Position numbers and translations under genes: made by a program. From assembly GCA_963792585.1 (NCBI GenBank), contig CAWBWI010000001.1, positions 1,728,001 through 1,792,000 of the forward strand: a stretch of 64,000 bases of DNA. The letters run 5' to 3'. The notes beneath the pieces were generated by a model. The model did not search any database. It saw nothing but the letters and a program-made list of their open reading frames with translations, and was not told the DNA's origin. Below, one piece after another: positions 31,476 to 43,600 of the stretch (position 1 is its first letter; every line of letters begins with the position of its first letter). Source of the stretch: Candidatus Eiseniibacteriota bacterium. Lineage in GTDB: Bacteria; Eisenbacteria; RBG-16-71-46; CAIMUX01; VGJL01.

Positions 31476-32372
31476 CTAGAGCACCAGGGCCTTGAGCTTT
31501 GCCAGATCGATCTGCTGGAGCAACTCACGAACGGCCTCCGGCTTGTCCTTGGGTCCGCCGATCATGACGGCGATGCCCCGCGCCTTTGTGGGCACACCGG
31601 GCGCGACGTCTGGGAGCTTGTAGCGATCGCGCCCGCTGACCTTGTCCGTCTTCGCGAATGGGCCGATCAAGAGTGTGAGGCAATACGTATCGTAGCCCGC
31701 GCATCCTTCGGCCTTATCGAAGGCAAGCGGAACCCCCTCTACTTCGTAGTGCGAGGCCGTGTCGAGCACGCTGATGGTCTGGTTGATGACGATCCGTACG
31801 CTGAGCTCCTTTGCCGGGAGCGTCTTCTGCATGTCCTGTGCGGCAGTGGCTGCGCCGCCGGAGGCGACCCACGCCTGGTAGTCCGCCATGATAGCGGTCT
31901 GCAGCGAGTCGGCCCTATCGCGAACAACTTTGAGCGCTGCCCGGATCTTCTCTTTCTCACCACGGTCCCTGGTGCTGTCGCGGGCCTTCTTCAGCTCGGC
32001 TCCCTTGGCGTCCAACTCGGCCAGCATCGCTTGCTGCTCGGGGGTGCCCTTGGCTCTGTCCATGTACATGGACATCTGTTGAGCGGCTGCGTTTGAGTTA
32101 TCGAAGGTATACGTCGCCTCGTACGACATCCGAAACATCTCTCCGGCGCCGATGGACTCCGGGACCATCCCTTCGCTGAATTCGCTCACGTACGCGAACT
32201 TGAACTCATAGCCATTGCGGGCGGCGGGCAGCGCGCTCTGAATGGTGTTGCGCACGGCTGCGAAGGTCGACGCCTCAGCCTCTGTCATCTTTCTCTCGGG
32301 ACCGACTCCATCGGCAAGCGCGGGGGATCCTAGAACGAGGAAGCAGAAGAGGAAGACGAGCGAGCGCCTCAT
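31476..32372 (-). CDS. Secreted hypothetical protein with a central coiled coil
   Basis: Signal peptide MRRSLVFLFCFLVLGSPALA after GGAAAGGGA; helical K/E/A-rich middle segment. Confidence 0.75.
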   Translation of the reverse strand: MRRSLVFLFCFLVLGSPALADGVGPERKMTEAEASTFAAVRNTIQSALPAARNGYEFKFAYVSEFSEGMVPESIGAGEMFRMSYEATYTFDNSNAAAQQMSMYMDRAKGTPEQQAMLAELDAKGAELKKARDSTRDRGEKEKIRAALKVVRDRADSLQTAIMADYQAWVASGGAATAAQDMQKTLPAKELSVRIVINQTISVLDTASHYEVEGVPLAFDKAEGCAGYDTYCLTLLIGPFAKTDKVSGRDRYKLPDVAPGVPTKARGIAVMIGGPKDKPEAVRELLQQIDLAKLKALVL

Positions 32373-32841
32373 CGCGATATCCCTTTCCCCCGCGACCGCA
32401 TTGCGGGTGAGCAGTCTTGAAGTCTCCGGATCAGGCTCGATGCACATCGCACGGCGGGATCCTGATCTCCGCCTCGTAGTTAGTTGCCGAACGGGATTCT
32501 CCGGGCACGCATCACGCGCTGTCAAGTCGAGAAGCAGCACCATCCCCACCGAGCAATCCCGCACCTCTGGCCCTTCATCAGTCCCACGCGCCTGTCGCTT
32601 CGGGAACTCCACCCGACTTGATACGAGTGGGGTCATACCGCTCATGATGAAGATCGGGCAACGCGAACGATGTTGGCGGGAGGAGCAGGTTGCAAGCGCA
32701 TCCGTGGCGCACGATAGCGCAAGATCCTCCCCATCGCCTAGGGGTCAGTCGGAGACGTGAGCACGGACATCGGCCCGGCCGGGTATCCCGCTTGCTCCTC
32801 TTTCCGTGGTCCTGGGGCTGGACCAAGCGTAGCATGCGGCT

Positions 32842-33237
32842 ATGAACAGACTGATCCACTCCAAGGCCGCCTTGTGGACCCTCACGGTCTTGCCCGCAGT
32901 CGGGCTGTTCCAGGCGGGTGCGGGTAAGCTCATCCACCGCTCGGTCTGGGTGGAGAACTTCGAACGATGGGGCTATCCGGGCTGGTTCTGGCTGGCCATC
33001 GGTGCACTGGAGGTGGTTTCCGGGACGGCCTTGCTTGTTCCGCGGGCCGCCTCGGCCGCCGCGATCGTTCTCGCGGTAACCATGGTTTGCGCCTTGGCTA
33101 CCTTCTTCCACGCCGGTGAGGCGCCGCGGATGCTGGGTCCCCTTCTGGTTCTGCCGTTTCTGTGCGCCGTCGCCTACATCCGGCGGTCGGGCATGGTCCC
33201 GATCCTCTCCGCGCTGGGGCTGAAGAACTCGGGCTGA
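32842..33237 (+). CDS. DoxX family membrane protein
   Basis: GAGKL...FERWGYP...IGALEV-G-LLVPR; four transmembrane segments. Confidence 0.85.
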   Translation: MNRLIHSKAALWTLTVLPAVGLFQAGAGKLIHRSVWVENFERWGYPGWFWLAIGALEVVSGTALLVPRAASAAAIVLAVTMVCALATFFHAGEAPRMLGPLLVLPFLCAVAYIRRSGMVPILSALGLKNSG

Positions 33238-33496
33238 TCTGCGGCCTGGTTGCCTAAGAGATCATCCAAATCCAGCTGAACTGAAGCGCCTGCCCCTTTG
33301 AGGCGCCGCGAACAGGGCGCGTACGATGGCGGGAACCACGACGGTGAATCCATCGCGCGTCCAGCGCCGACTGAGGTCATGGCAACGTGGCCGAGAATCT
33401 CAAGAGGGACGGCGATCGGACGGCCCGAGGCTGCTATACTCTTTCCAGCAAGATTCTGCCTGCACGGGTTCTCGGTTCCTGAAAGGAGCGCCCGCC

Positions 33497-35551
33497 ATGC
33501 GCCGCCACACTGCCCGCCTTGCCTCCGGCCTCGCCATCCGCATCAGCAGTGCGACCCTGATCGCATCCCTGGCGATCGCGGCCCTTGCCGTCCCCCTGAC
33601 GGGACGAGCCGCTCGCGCTCCCGGTGATCCGCCGCCGATCCCGACGGCGGAAGCGCGGGAGGCGTTCATTCGGGCGCACGAGGCAGGTCTTCAGCCGTGG
33701 TCGGAAGAGTCCCTCAGAGCGGTGCACGACGAGTACGACGTGATTCACTACGATGTCGACCTGCGCCTCGACATCCCGGCACGAACGATTTACGGGGTGG
33801 TTACAGTCGACGCCACGGCCGAGGTCGCGAACCTCCTCGTGTTCCCCATCGACCTCTTCTCGCCCATGGTCGTCGACTCGGTCAGGGTGGATGGCGCCCC
33901 CGCGACCTTCACCCACGCGAGCAGCGTCATCAGGGTGAACTTGCCGCACGCGCTGCAACCCGAGGACCCCGTGACCCTGCGGGTCACCTACCACGGCCGC
34001 CCCTCGTACACGGGGGCGCCCTTTCGATGGACCACCCACGGGGCCAGCATACCCATGGTGCTGTCCTATTCCGAGCCCTACGGCGCGCCGGCCTGGTGGG
34101 TCTGCAAGGACGATCCCAAGGACAAGGCGACCTTCTCGATCCACGTGACCGCCCCCGACAGCCTTTTCACGGTCTCGAACGGCATCCTCGCCTCCGTCGT
34201 CAACAACGGCAATGGGACGGCCACCTGTAATTGGACCCACGATTACCCGATGTCGACCTACCTCTTCTCCATCGCGACCACGGACTTCGAGCACTGGACC
34301 GAGGTCTACACGGCCCTCGATAACACCACCACCATGGATGTCGACTACTACGTTTTTCCCGAGGACCGCGCCGACGCCGAGATCGACTGGAGCGGCAACA
34401 TCCAGATGATGGAGTACTACGCGAGCATCTTCGGCGAGTATCCATTCCTTCGGGAGAAGTACGCGATCGCCGAGTTCCAGCACCCGGGGGCGATGGAGCA
34501 TCAGACGGCAACGAGCATGGGCTATGCGTGGATCACCGGGAACAACGTGAACGACTCCGTCGTCGCGCACGAGCTCTCCCACATGTGGGTGGGGGACATG
34601 ATCACGATGCGCCTGTGGAGCCACGCATGGACGAAGGAGGGGTTCGCGACCCTTTGCGAGGCGCTGTATTTCGAGAATCTCTACGGCGAGGACTACTACC
34701 ACGAGTATATGGAGAGCATGAACATCCTCTACTACGCCGCGCGCCAGATCTACAACATCAACCCGCCGCTCGACGGGACGATCTACTACAAGGGGGCATG
34801 GGTCCTCCACATGCTGCGGCATGTAATCGGCGACGCCGCGTTCTTCGCCGGCTGCTATGGCTACACGAACGATTCCGACCTGATGTACGGCAACAATCTC
34901 ACCGAGGACTTGCGCGACGCCTTCGAGGTCGCCTCAGGTATGGATCTCGACTGGTTCTTCCAGGAGTGGATCTACTCTCCTGGGTATCCCCAGTTCAGGA
35001 TGTTCTGGAACTCGGCCCCCGGAGGTGGCGGCTACAACGTCAACCTCGTCCTCAAGCAAGATCAGACGGTCGGCCCGATCTTCAAAATGCCCATCGACGT
35101 GCGAATTGAAACCCAGGCGGGCGACCAGACCTTCGTCGTTTGGGACTCGCTCCAGACGCAGTCCTTCGTCCTGAACGTGGCGGCGCCACCGAACCGGGTG
35201 GTCCTCGATCCGGATGACTGGTCGATCAAGGAAGTCCTGAACGAGTCCGCCGTCCAGGATGCCGCGACGAACCCGACGGGCCCAGCCCTCTGGTGCATGC
35301 CAAACCCCTTCGATCGGTTCACGACCATCGGCTTCTCGATGGTCGAGGCAGGTCCGGTGCGTCTCCGAGTCTTCGATCTTTCGGGAAGGCTCGTGCGCTC
35401 GCTGCTCGACCAGCGCCTCGGACCGGGTGAGCATCGGGTGGCTTGGGACGGGCGCGGTGAGGATGGATCGCTCTTGCCCTCCGGGATGTACCTGCAGCGC
35501 CTGGACCGCGACGGTCGATCCAGTTACTCGCGCGTCCTGCGTATTCGGTGA
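33497..35551 (+). CDS. Secreted M1 family aminopeptidase with a FlgD-Ig C-terminus
   Basis: AAAGGAG RBS; GAMEH, HELSH-x18-E and YYKGAWVLHMLR; PNPF C-terminal domain. Confidence 0.93.
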   Translation: MRRHTARLASGLAIRISSATLIASLAIAALAVPLTGRAARAPGDPPPIPTAEAREAFIRAHEAGLQPWSEESLRAVHDEYDVIHYDVDLRLDIPARTIYGVVTVDATAEVANLLVFPIDLFSPMVVDSVRVDGAPATFTHASSVIRVNLPHALQPEDPVTLRVTYHGRPSYTGAPFRWTTHGASIPMVLSYSEPYGAPAWWVCKDDPKDKATFSIHVTAPDSLFTVSNGILASVVNNGNGTATCNWTHDYPMSTYLFSIATTDFEHWTEVYTALDNTTTMDVDYYVFPEDRADAEIDWSGNIQMMEYYASIFGEYPFLREKYAIAEFQHPGAMEHQTATSMGYAWITGNNVNDSVVAHELSHMWVGDMITMRLWSHAWTKEGFATLCEALYFENLYGEDYYHEYMESMNILYYAARQIYNINPPLDGTIYYKGAWVLHMLRHVIGDAAFFAGCYGYTNDSDLMYGNNLTEDLRDAFEVASGMDLDWFFQEWIYSPGYPQFRMFWNSAPGGGGYNVNLVLKQDQTVGPIFKMPIDVRIETQAGDQTFVVWDSLQTQSFVLNVAAPPNRVVLDPDDWSIKEVLNESAVQDAATNPTGPALWCMPNPFDRFTTIGFSMVEAGPVRLRVFDLSGRLVRSLLDQRLGPGEHRVAWDGRGEDGSLLPSGMYLQRLDRDGRSSYSRVLRIR

Positions 35552-35564
35552 TTCGATCCAAGGG

Positions 35565-35590
35565 CGGGGGGAAGGACGACCTTCCCCCCG
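35565..35590. terminator. Hairpin between convergent genes (probable terminator)
   Basis: Perfect 11-bp stem CGGGGGGAAGG-ACGA-CCTTCCCCCCG. Confidence 0.6.
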
Positions 35591-35617
35591 TATTCCGCGA
35601 GGACCCCGACTCCGATC

Positions 35618-38154
35618 TCAGTCGGGCAGTATGATGAGCGGACGCCGAACGCCAACGCGAAGCTGGGTTGTCCCATCGATGAGGGCGATCCTTCCCTCAT
35701 GCGCCCGTAGGATCCGCTGAACCTCATCGCCGACCTGGCACTCGCCGAAGCCTTCCAGAACCACAACCGTGAAACCAAGGTTGGGCAGGAGCACGTCGTT
35801 CAAGTTCACGCCGCCGGCTATGACGCCCGAAGCCCGTCGGTTTCTTGCTTCCGCCAAGAGCCCAGGGCGGGCATGGGCCGTGAATGTCACGCTCCCAGGC
35901 TCGATCCGATCGAAGACAAGCGGGCCCCATGCCTCCCCGCCTGCCCCCCACACACCGTGGATGATCACGCCTTCGGCGGTCACGACACACCCTCGGTCAT
36001 TCACCTCTCCCACGGTCCCCGGCAACCAGGCATGAATCTCCTTCTCTTCCAATAGGGGTTCGATATCGATGGTCCCCGCGGCGACGTCGATGCGAGCGAC
36101 CTTGCCGCGCACGGGAGACTTCAAGAGCCGCAACACGCCTGGCCTTACGATGGCGGCGAGCCACTGGTCTCTCTCCACCTCGTCCCCCACATCGACCCTG
36201 AGGTAGAGCGGGAGCTGACGAGGCGCAATATCGAGATCCTCCGCTGCTTTGACCCTCGTGATCTCTCGACCGCGTCCTGGCTTCTCGCGCAGCACGACGA
36301 CGCCGGACGACAGAATTTCTCAACACGGCCCTCGACCTGCGAGTGAAAGGTCTGGTCCATCCCGAGTCTCCGCGGTCGACTCGCAATCACGTCCTGGTAA
36401 TCGACCTCGTCGCCCACCTTGACCGTCAGGTATGCAGGCAGATCCGCAGGCGGCACGCGCATGATCTGAGCAACGTGGAGGAAGAATGGCCGGAGGAATT
36501 CGCGCGTGCTGCGGCCGACCACCGTGTCAGGGGTCACCGTGTCCCCCGGCTTGACGAATACCTCGCCGGGGATGGCAAGTTCGCGGCGCAGGCTGATCGG
36601 CCCGTGAGTCATGCGAGGCTCCGACGTCGCGACGACACGGCGTGGTGTGGGAACGTACTCCGCGGCATCCCCCATCCCCCGGGCGGCCGCCTCCTTGACG
36701 TTCCCGAGCCGGACAATGCCGACCGTGTCGAACAACTCCTGGGCCAGTTCGGGGTTGACGGTGCTCAGCACGCCGAGATGCGGGAGCATGAACGAGCTGT
36801 CCACCGCGAGTTCCACACCGGGATCGGGGTGCAGGGCATCGACAAGGATCGTGACTGCGGCGGACCGGGGCGAATGCGATAGGATTCCGCCACTGCCGAC
36901 GATCAGCCCGTAGTCCTTGAGTTTGTATGCTTTCCGGGTGAGGAGCCCGCCGGGCGGTTCGTGCACGCTCGTGTTGACGTCCAAACCGTCTCTCGCATGA
37001 GAATGAGAGCTGGCCGCCATGACCTGCAAGTGTGCGCGCACGGCCTCTCGGATGGCGACGGTAGCCAAAGCCCATTCGACCCGCATGTCCCGATTGGTCT
37101 CGGCCAGGCGGGTCGGGTTGATGTACTTGTTCCCGACGCGATTCCAGACGTCGGTCTCATCGTCGTCGGATTCTAGGAACTCGCGCACCGGGCTGAGCCC
37201 GCCCGATTCCGCGACATTCAGGATGCTGTAACTCAAACCCAGATTGGCGCTCACCGTTCGAAAGACCCTCCCCTCCTCAGCGGTGAAGACGTCCGTCGTG
37301 GCGCCGCCAACATCGACTGCGAGGATTCGAGTCTTCAGCTTCTGGGATGCCAGCTCGAGGATCCTCCCGAAGGCAGCCGGAGTGGGCAGGATCGGCGCGC
37401 TCGTCCAGTCCCGCAGACTGTCATACCCCGGGGCCTGTGACATGACGTGTTCCATGAAGAGCTTCTGAATGGCCTCCCTGGCGGGCTCGTAGTATTCCAG
37501 ATCGCCCGTGGGGCGGATATTCGCCACCGGGTAGTAGATGAAGCGATCAAGGAGAACGTCGCGAATATGCTGCTCGGCGCGGGCATTGCCGGCATAGATG
37601 AGCGGCACCTTTGCCTGAGAGCTTCGTTTGGGTCGCAGGCCGCTCTCAACCAGAAGTTCGGCAAGGAAAACCGGACCGGCCAGGGCATCGCCGTCGAAGC
37701 CGCCGGCGAGGAGGATCATGTCGGGCCGCAGGCGTTTCAGGTCCTCGATCTTCCTGTATGGGCTGCGACCATCATTCATGGCGAGCGTTTCCAGAACGAT
37801 CGCGCCCGCGCCCAAGGCCACACGATCCGCGCTCTCGGCCGTGATCTCCCGGACCAGGCCGGCCACAACCATGGCCAGGCCTCCGCCCGCGCTCGACGTC
37901 GAGAGTAAGGGGACCGTCGGCCTGCCATCCACGAGCAGCGTCTCACCGGAGACTCGCTCGAGCGACGTCAGGGCCGCGGTCACCCCGACCATGACGTCCT
38001 CGTCCGGCTGCTCGACCGTGGTCGGGACCTCTTCGTAGAAGTAGTGCCAGTTCGGGTCGCGCCGGAAGAGAATCGCCTTGGTGGTGGTGCTGCCCACGTC
38101 TGTGATGCAGAACTTCCCGGCGTCGAAAACGGCCTTATCAATGGTCTCCGACAT
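35618..38154 (-). CDS. glmL: Glutamate mutase L (GlmL/MutL-type ASKHA ATPase) fused to biotinyl/lipoyl-like domains; one-base deletion near 36317
   Basis: DVGSTTTK, TSSAGGGL, LLAGGFDG, PTPAAFG, VDVGGATTDVF, RTVSANLGLSYS; adding one A at 36316-36318 joins the two ORFs as EKILSSGVVVLREKP; GGGAGG RBS. Confidence 0.8.
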
Positions 38155-38458
38155 GTCAGCCTCCCTCCCAAGCAAGCTACGCAACTCACGGTCTCTATCC
38201 GGCCGCCGAATGGCGGACCGGGTACCGATTGTCCACGTGGATCCGGCGCACTTGAGGATAGTCCGGTGGAACCCCTGGGGCCACAGGCGATTCGTGCGAC
38301 ACGATCCGCTCGCAGTTCCCAAGTAATAGGAGCCCCGATGGCTTCCACCACCGAGGCTCCGTTCGACCCCTTCGCAAAGCTGGTCGCGTGTACCGCTTTG
38401 CAGCCAAGCGCTTGCGGACAGCCGCAGTCCACGTGGCCTGCGCATGCAGGCACAGAGA

Positions 38459-39688
38459 CTACCGACTCAGGACCACCGAGCGCGTCACCAGGTGTCCATC
38501 CACCCGCAGTGCCGTGAAGTAAATCCCCGAAGGCAGATTCTGACTGTGGAAGGCCACCGTGTGATCCCCCGCGTTCATCGGGCCGTCAACGAGCGTGCTC
38601 ACGAGTTGGCCGCTGGCGTTGTAGATGTGGAGCTTCACATCCTCGTTCGCAGGGACCGCGAACCGGATCTCGGTCGTGCCGCGGAACGGGTTTGGGGTAG
38701 CACCTATGAACGCGACACCCCCCACCGGTGCGAAGTCGCCTTGATTCCCATTGGAAGTGAGCCCGACCATCGGCCCGTCAGGACTGAATGCCGCATCGAG
38801 CAGATGAGGCCGGTACATCGGCACAAGGGTGTCCATGCGGTCGTCCTGGCCAGGAGTGAACTCCGTCCTGCAGATATCGGCGGTGTAGTCCATGTAGTTA
38901 TGGATTGGGTCTAGGCCTTCCGACGGGCATGAGTCCCTTCCATCCGGGCAGTACGTATTCGCTGAGGTGCCCTCATCCGGAGTATCGCTCACGTTGTCAC
39001 CGGGCGGGGTGCAGCCGCCTTGGAACGTGTGGTAAAGACCCAGATAGTGGCCGACCTCGTGGACGCCGATGTCACCGCTGTTGTTGTAGATGTAGGAGCC
39101 GCCGGGCAGGTAACCATACTGAATGACGACCCCGGTCCAGTAGTCGCCCTCTGGAAAGGTCCACGGAAATGTCCCCCAACTGGCGAGCGAGGCGGGCTCG
39201 CAGGTGTAGATGTTCAGGCGATGAATGACATCGATGGCGAGGGCGCGCTTGGCCTGGCGCTCCTCTGTCGAGCCCATGTTCATCTTGAACCAACGACGAT
39301 TGTTGGTGCGATCGACGCTTGCGAGCGAGAACGTGTACCCGGTATTCGCGCCGCCGGGAACCCCTGCAAAAGCGGAATTCAGGACATTGATTTGTTCGTC
39401 GATCTGCGACTGCGGAATATTCCCTTTGGCACCGTCGTAGATGACGTGCCAGGCGATCTTGATGTTGCCTCCTAGCGCCGCCGCTGCGCCGTTCCGGGAG
39501 ATCCAGTTCGCAACCTGCTCTTGAACGCCTTGTTGCTCTTCGCGGCTGACTTCCGGAGCGCCGCAGAAGCTCTCGATGGCTCGCGAGCCGCCATGGGTGT
39601 CAGCCGGCGGCGCGGCCTGCGCGTGAAGCTGTGAAGAGAAGGCGAACCCAACGATCACGATGAACAAACACGAGAATTTGTATCGCAT
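38459..39688 (-). CDS. Secreted M43 (pappalysin/ulilysin-like) zinc metalloprotease with a T9SS-like C-terminus
   Basis: HEVGHYLGLYH, Met-turn NYMDY, pro-segment FCGAP, PNPF C-terminal domain; GGAGGGG RBS. Confidence 0.92.
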   Translation of the reverse strand: MRYKFSCLFIVIVGFAFSSQLHAQAAPPADTHGGSRAIESFCGAPEVSREEQQGVQEQVANWISRNGAAAALGGNIKIAWHVIYDGAKGNIPQSQIDEQINVLNSAFAGVPGGANTGYTFSLASVDRTNNRRWFKMNMGSTEERQAKRALAIDVIHRLNIYTCEPASLASWGTFPWTFPEGDYWTGVVIQYGYLPGGSYIYNNSGDIGVHEVGHYLGLYHTFQGGCTPPGDNVSDTPDEGTSANTYCPDGRDSCPSEGLDPIHNYMDYTADICRTEFTPGQDDRMDTLVPMYRPHLLDAAFSPDGPMVGLTSNGNQGDFAPVGGVAFIGATPNPFRGTTEIRFAVPANEDVKLHIYNASGQLVSTLVDGPMNAGDHTVAFHSQNLPSGIYFTALRVDGHLVTRSVVLSR

Positions 39689-40627
39689 GGCCCCTCCAGA
39701 GATTTCGATGCTGGTTGTGAAACTCCCCCTCCTCGTCGACGCTCGACGAGTTCCCCCACCCGAACGGGAACAGGACACGCAGTAGAATGTGTGGGCCGAG
39801 AGCGCCAGGCGCACTCCCACCAGACTGGAACGATCGGATCGCCCGATCCGGGCCTCGTGAGCGCAAGTCAACGGTCAGCCGGGCACTGGATGCGCCCCCA
39901 TTGGGCGCTCAGTATCGATACGAGCCAGCCGAGGAATCGCGGGGTCGCCACATTCGGTGCGGACCGGGGAAAGAACTGTCACTCGGGATCTCGGGAAAGC
40001 AAATGGGTACGGTCTCGCTTCGCCTGGCTACTACATGCTGGGCCATTTGCTGCCAGGTACATTAAGTTTGACTGATACACTAATCAAGTTGAATTCAATG
40101 ACAATGCTCAGAAACGGAAAGTTGTCGAAGTCAGCGACTTTGGACCGGAGCACGCATCAAGGGCTCATTGACGCATCGGCAAGCGACTTCAGATCGCGTT
40201 CCGGGGGCACAGCGAGACTCCCGTTCTCGCTGCCACCAACCGCGATTCCGCGAAGGCGCCAACGACTCCGTCCACCCTCCAGTGCGAATCAGAGCGATGC
40301 CGCCCTGCGCGCACTCGATGCAGCTCTCGCCGGGGAAGCCACTCACCGCGCACCCGCGCCGCCTACATCCACGGTTGAGGCAACCCACAGGATGGGTTAG
40401 CTTTGCGTAGTTTGGACCGCGGGACGGTCGGCGCAGGGAGGGCCACGCTGTCACTCGGTATGCACCTCGGCCCGGGCAGATCGACAACGGGATCCCGTCC
40501 GGCTCAGCCCGTGGGGCGGACCCCGAGAGCCGCTTCAATTACTGTGTGCACGATCGCCCCCCGTTGCTCCGCCCCTGTTGGGTCCCCTCGGCTTCCCATC
40601 TGACCGAAAGGATGGTCTGAGACAGGA

Positions 40628-43600
40628 ATGATGCTCCCAGCAGGCTTCCGCATAGTGTCGCCTCGTGTCGAAAACCCATGCGGCGCGAGTTGGCCCACCC
40701 GTCTCCCAAGCACCTTTCGGGTCAGCCTGTTCCTCCTCCTCGCGATCACCCTCCTCGTCTCTTGTGGCGAGGATGGGCCGTCCAAGCCCGAGCCTGAGGT
40801 CAAGTGCGCGACACCAATCTTCGCTCCCCTACCCGGGACGTTCGCGGCGGCGACGAATGTGACGATTACCTGCGCCACGGTCGGTGCCACAATTCGCTAC
40901 ACGACCGACGGAACGACGCCGGTGGAGGCCTCGCCGCTCTACACCCATCCCGTGGCCATCGCGGCGACCTCCACGCTCGAGGCCCGCGCATGGCGGGACG
41001 GCTTCGACCCGAGCGATGTGGCGACGGGGATCTACACGATCACCGGTGGCTCGTGCAGCATCGGCGTGACGGCTCCAAACGGTGGGGAGCAGTGGATCCT
41101 CGGCACCGCGCAGACGATCGCCTGGGGCAGCAACCAGTGCGGCCCGAACGTGAAGATCGAATTGCTGCGCGAGGGCGCCTCCTGCCTGACGATCGCCGAG
41201 AGTACACCCAACGATGGGGATTACGAATGGACCGCGGCTCGCTGCGGAGGCGTCTCCTTCGACTACGAGGTCCGCGTCACGGATCTGACGAGCGGCTTCC
41301 AGGACACGAGCAATGACCCGTTCGAGATCGTGGAGAGCTGCGCGGTCCAGGTTCTCTCCCCCAACGGCGGCGAGACGTGGACGGTCGGGACCTCGCACGA
41401 CATCGCCTGGGCGTCGCGCGAAGCATGTGGAACCGACGTTCGCATCGAGCTTCTCCTCGCCGGTATCCCGTGCGACACCCTGGCCGAGGCGACGGAGAAC
41501 GACGGCAGCTTCGCCTGGGTCGCGGCGCGATGCGGCACGCCGACGAGCGGGTATTCCGTTCGCGTGACCGACCTGGATAGCGGCGTCACCGACCCGGGGG
41601 ACGCATCCTTCTCGCTCCCCGATCCCGCCTGCGACATCTCGGTCCTCGCACCCAACGGCGGAGAGTCGTGGGACGAGGGATCCGCGCAGGAAATCCGCTG
41701 GCGGGCGCTGGACTGCGGCCCGTCCGTGCGGATCGAAATGCTGCGCGCCGGAGATCTGTGCAAGACCATCGCGGACAGCACGGAGAATGACGGGAGCTTC
41801 GCGTGGACCGCGGATCGCTGCGGTTCGGTGAACGACGGCTACACGGTTCGCGTGACGGATCGCGCATCCTCTACAAACGACCTCAGCGACGACGCCTTCT
41901 CGATCCCGGGCCCTCCCTGCACGCTGACGATCCTCTCCCCCAACGGCGGCGAGAGCTGGGAAGAAGGGACGGATCACGAGATTACTTGGACATCCAACGC
42001 GTGCTCCCCCCCGCTCATCATCGATCTGTTTCACGGCGGGGAGCTCTGCCGAAGGCTCTCGGTCGGTGAGCCAACCGAGGGCACCTTCACCTGGAGAGTC
42101 GAGCGGTGCGGGGGCGCGACGGAAGGCTACACGATCCGCCTGGCAGGCTCGGGCGCAGTCGACACATGCGACGCGCCGTTCGCGATCACCCCGGCCGCGG
42201 TGCCGTGCGTGCTGACGGTCACCGCGCCGGAAGCGGGCGAGATCCTCTGGAAGGGCTCACGGGAGACGATCCGGTGGACGGCCTCGAACTGCGGCTCGCT
42301 CGCCCGTCTCGATTTGCTCTGCAATGGAGTCGTCTGTGGCCAGATCACTGACGGCACCGGCAACGCGGGTTTCTATGAGTGGCCGGTGTTCGATTGCTGC
42401 GCGGACACATGCGCCCACTCGATCCGCGTGACCGACCTCGCAAGCAACAATCCGGCGGAGAGCGCAACGTTCTGCATCCGCACCTGCACGGTGGCCGTTA
42501 CGTCGCCGGCCGGTCAAGACCAATGGACCGCGGGTGAAGAGCATACGATCGCCTGGAGCACGGAGGGGTGCGGGTCCGAGGTCCGGATCGAGCTGTGGAC
42601 GGAAGAGGAATCGCTCTGCCGCACGATCGCCGAGCGGACGGACAACGATGGCTCCTTCCCGTGGACCGTCGCATCGTGCCTCTACGACAACACGGGATAC
42701 CAGGTCGTCGTCGCCGATTTGACCAGCGGCTCTGCGGCGGCCTCGGAAGGATTCACCATCCTCGAACCGAATCCCTGCATCCTGAACGTCCTCTCCCCCA
42801 ACGGCGGCGAGCGGTGGCCGGCCGGATCGGTCCACCCGATCACCTGGAGCCGATCTGCCTGCGGCGCGAACGTCCGCATCGATCTCGTCCGGCAGGGGGC
42901 GGAATGCCTGACCCTGGCCGCGAGCTCGCCGAACTCGGGCTCGTTCGAGTGGACGGTCGCCGCCTGCGGGCCCGATTCGACCGACTACCGGATCGCGATC
43001 ACCGACATCGAATACGGCGTCTCGGATCAGAGCGATGCGGTCTTCGCGATTCCATCCTGTGAGATCGCTCTCGATGCGCCCGTGGGCGGCGAGCGCTGGC
43101 CCGACGGCTCCGAGCAGATGATCGCCTGGCATTCCTCCGGCGCGTGCGACGGCCCGGTGCGGATCGATCTGCGCTGCAACGATCAGGACTGCCGGACCAT
43201 CGCCGCGAGCACGGAAGACGACGGCGCCTTCGCATGGACGGTCGACGCCTGCTGCACGGCCCCTTGCGACCACCGGATCCGCGTCACGAACCTCGCTACG
43301 GGATCGTCCGTGGAAAGCCCGGCGGTCTTCTGCATCTGCCCGCCGTGCGCTCCAGCCGTCGTCGCACCGAACGGCGGCGAGAAATGGAAGGCAGGGACGG
43401 TGCGCGCGATCACTTGGAGCGCGGCGGACTGCGGCGCGTCGGTGACGATCGATTTGCTGCGGAACGGCCTGCCATGTCACACGATCGCCTCGGCAGCGCC
43501 AAACAACGGGTCCTACTCATGGACGGTCGAGGGCTGCGCGGGAGAACCCAATGGATACGCGATCCGCGTCACCGGCGTCTGCGACGCTGCCGACGAGAGC

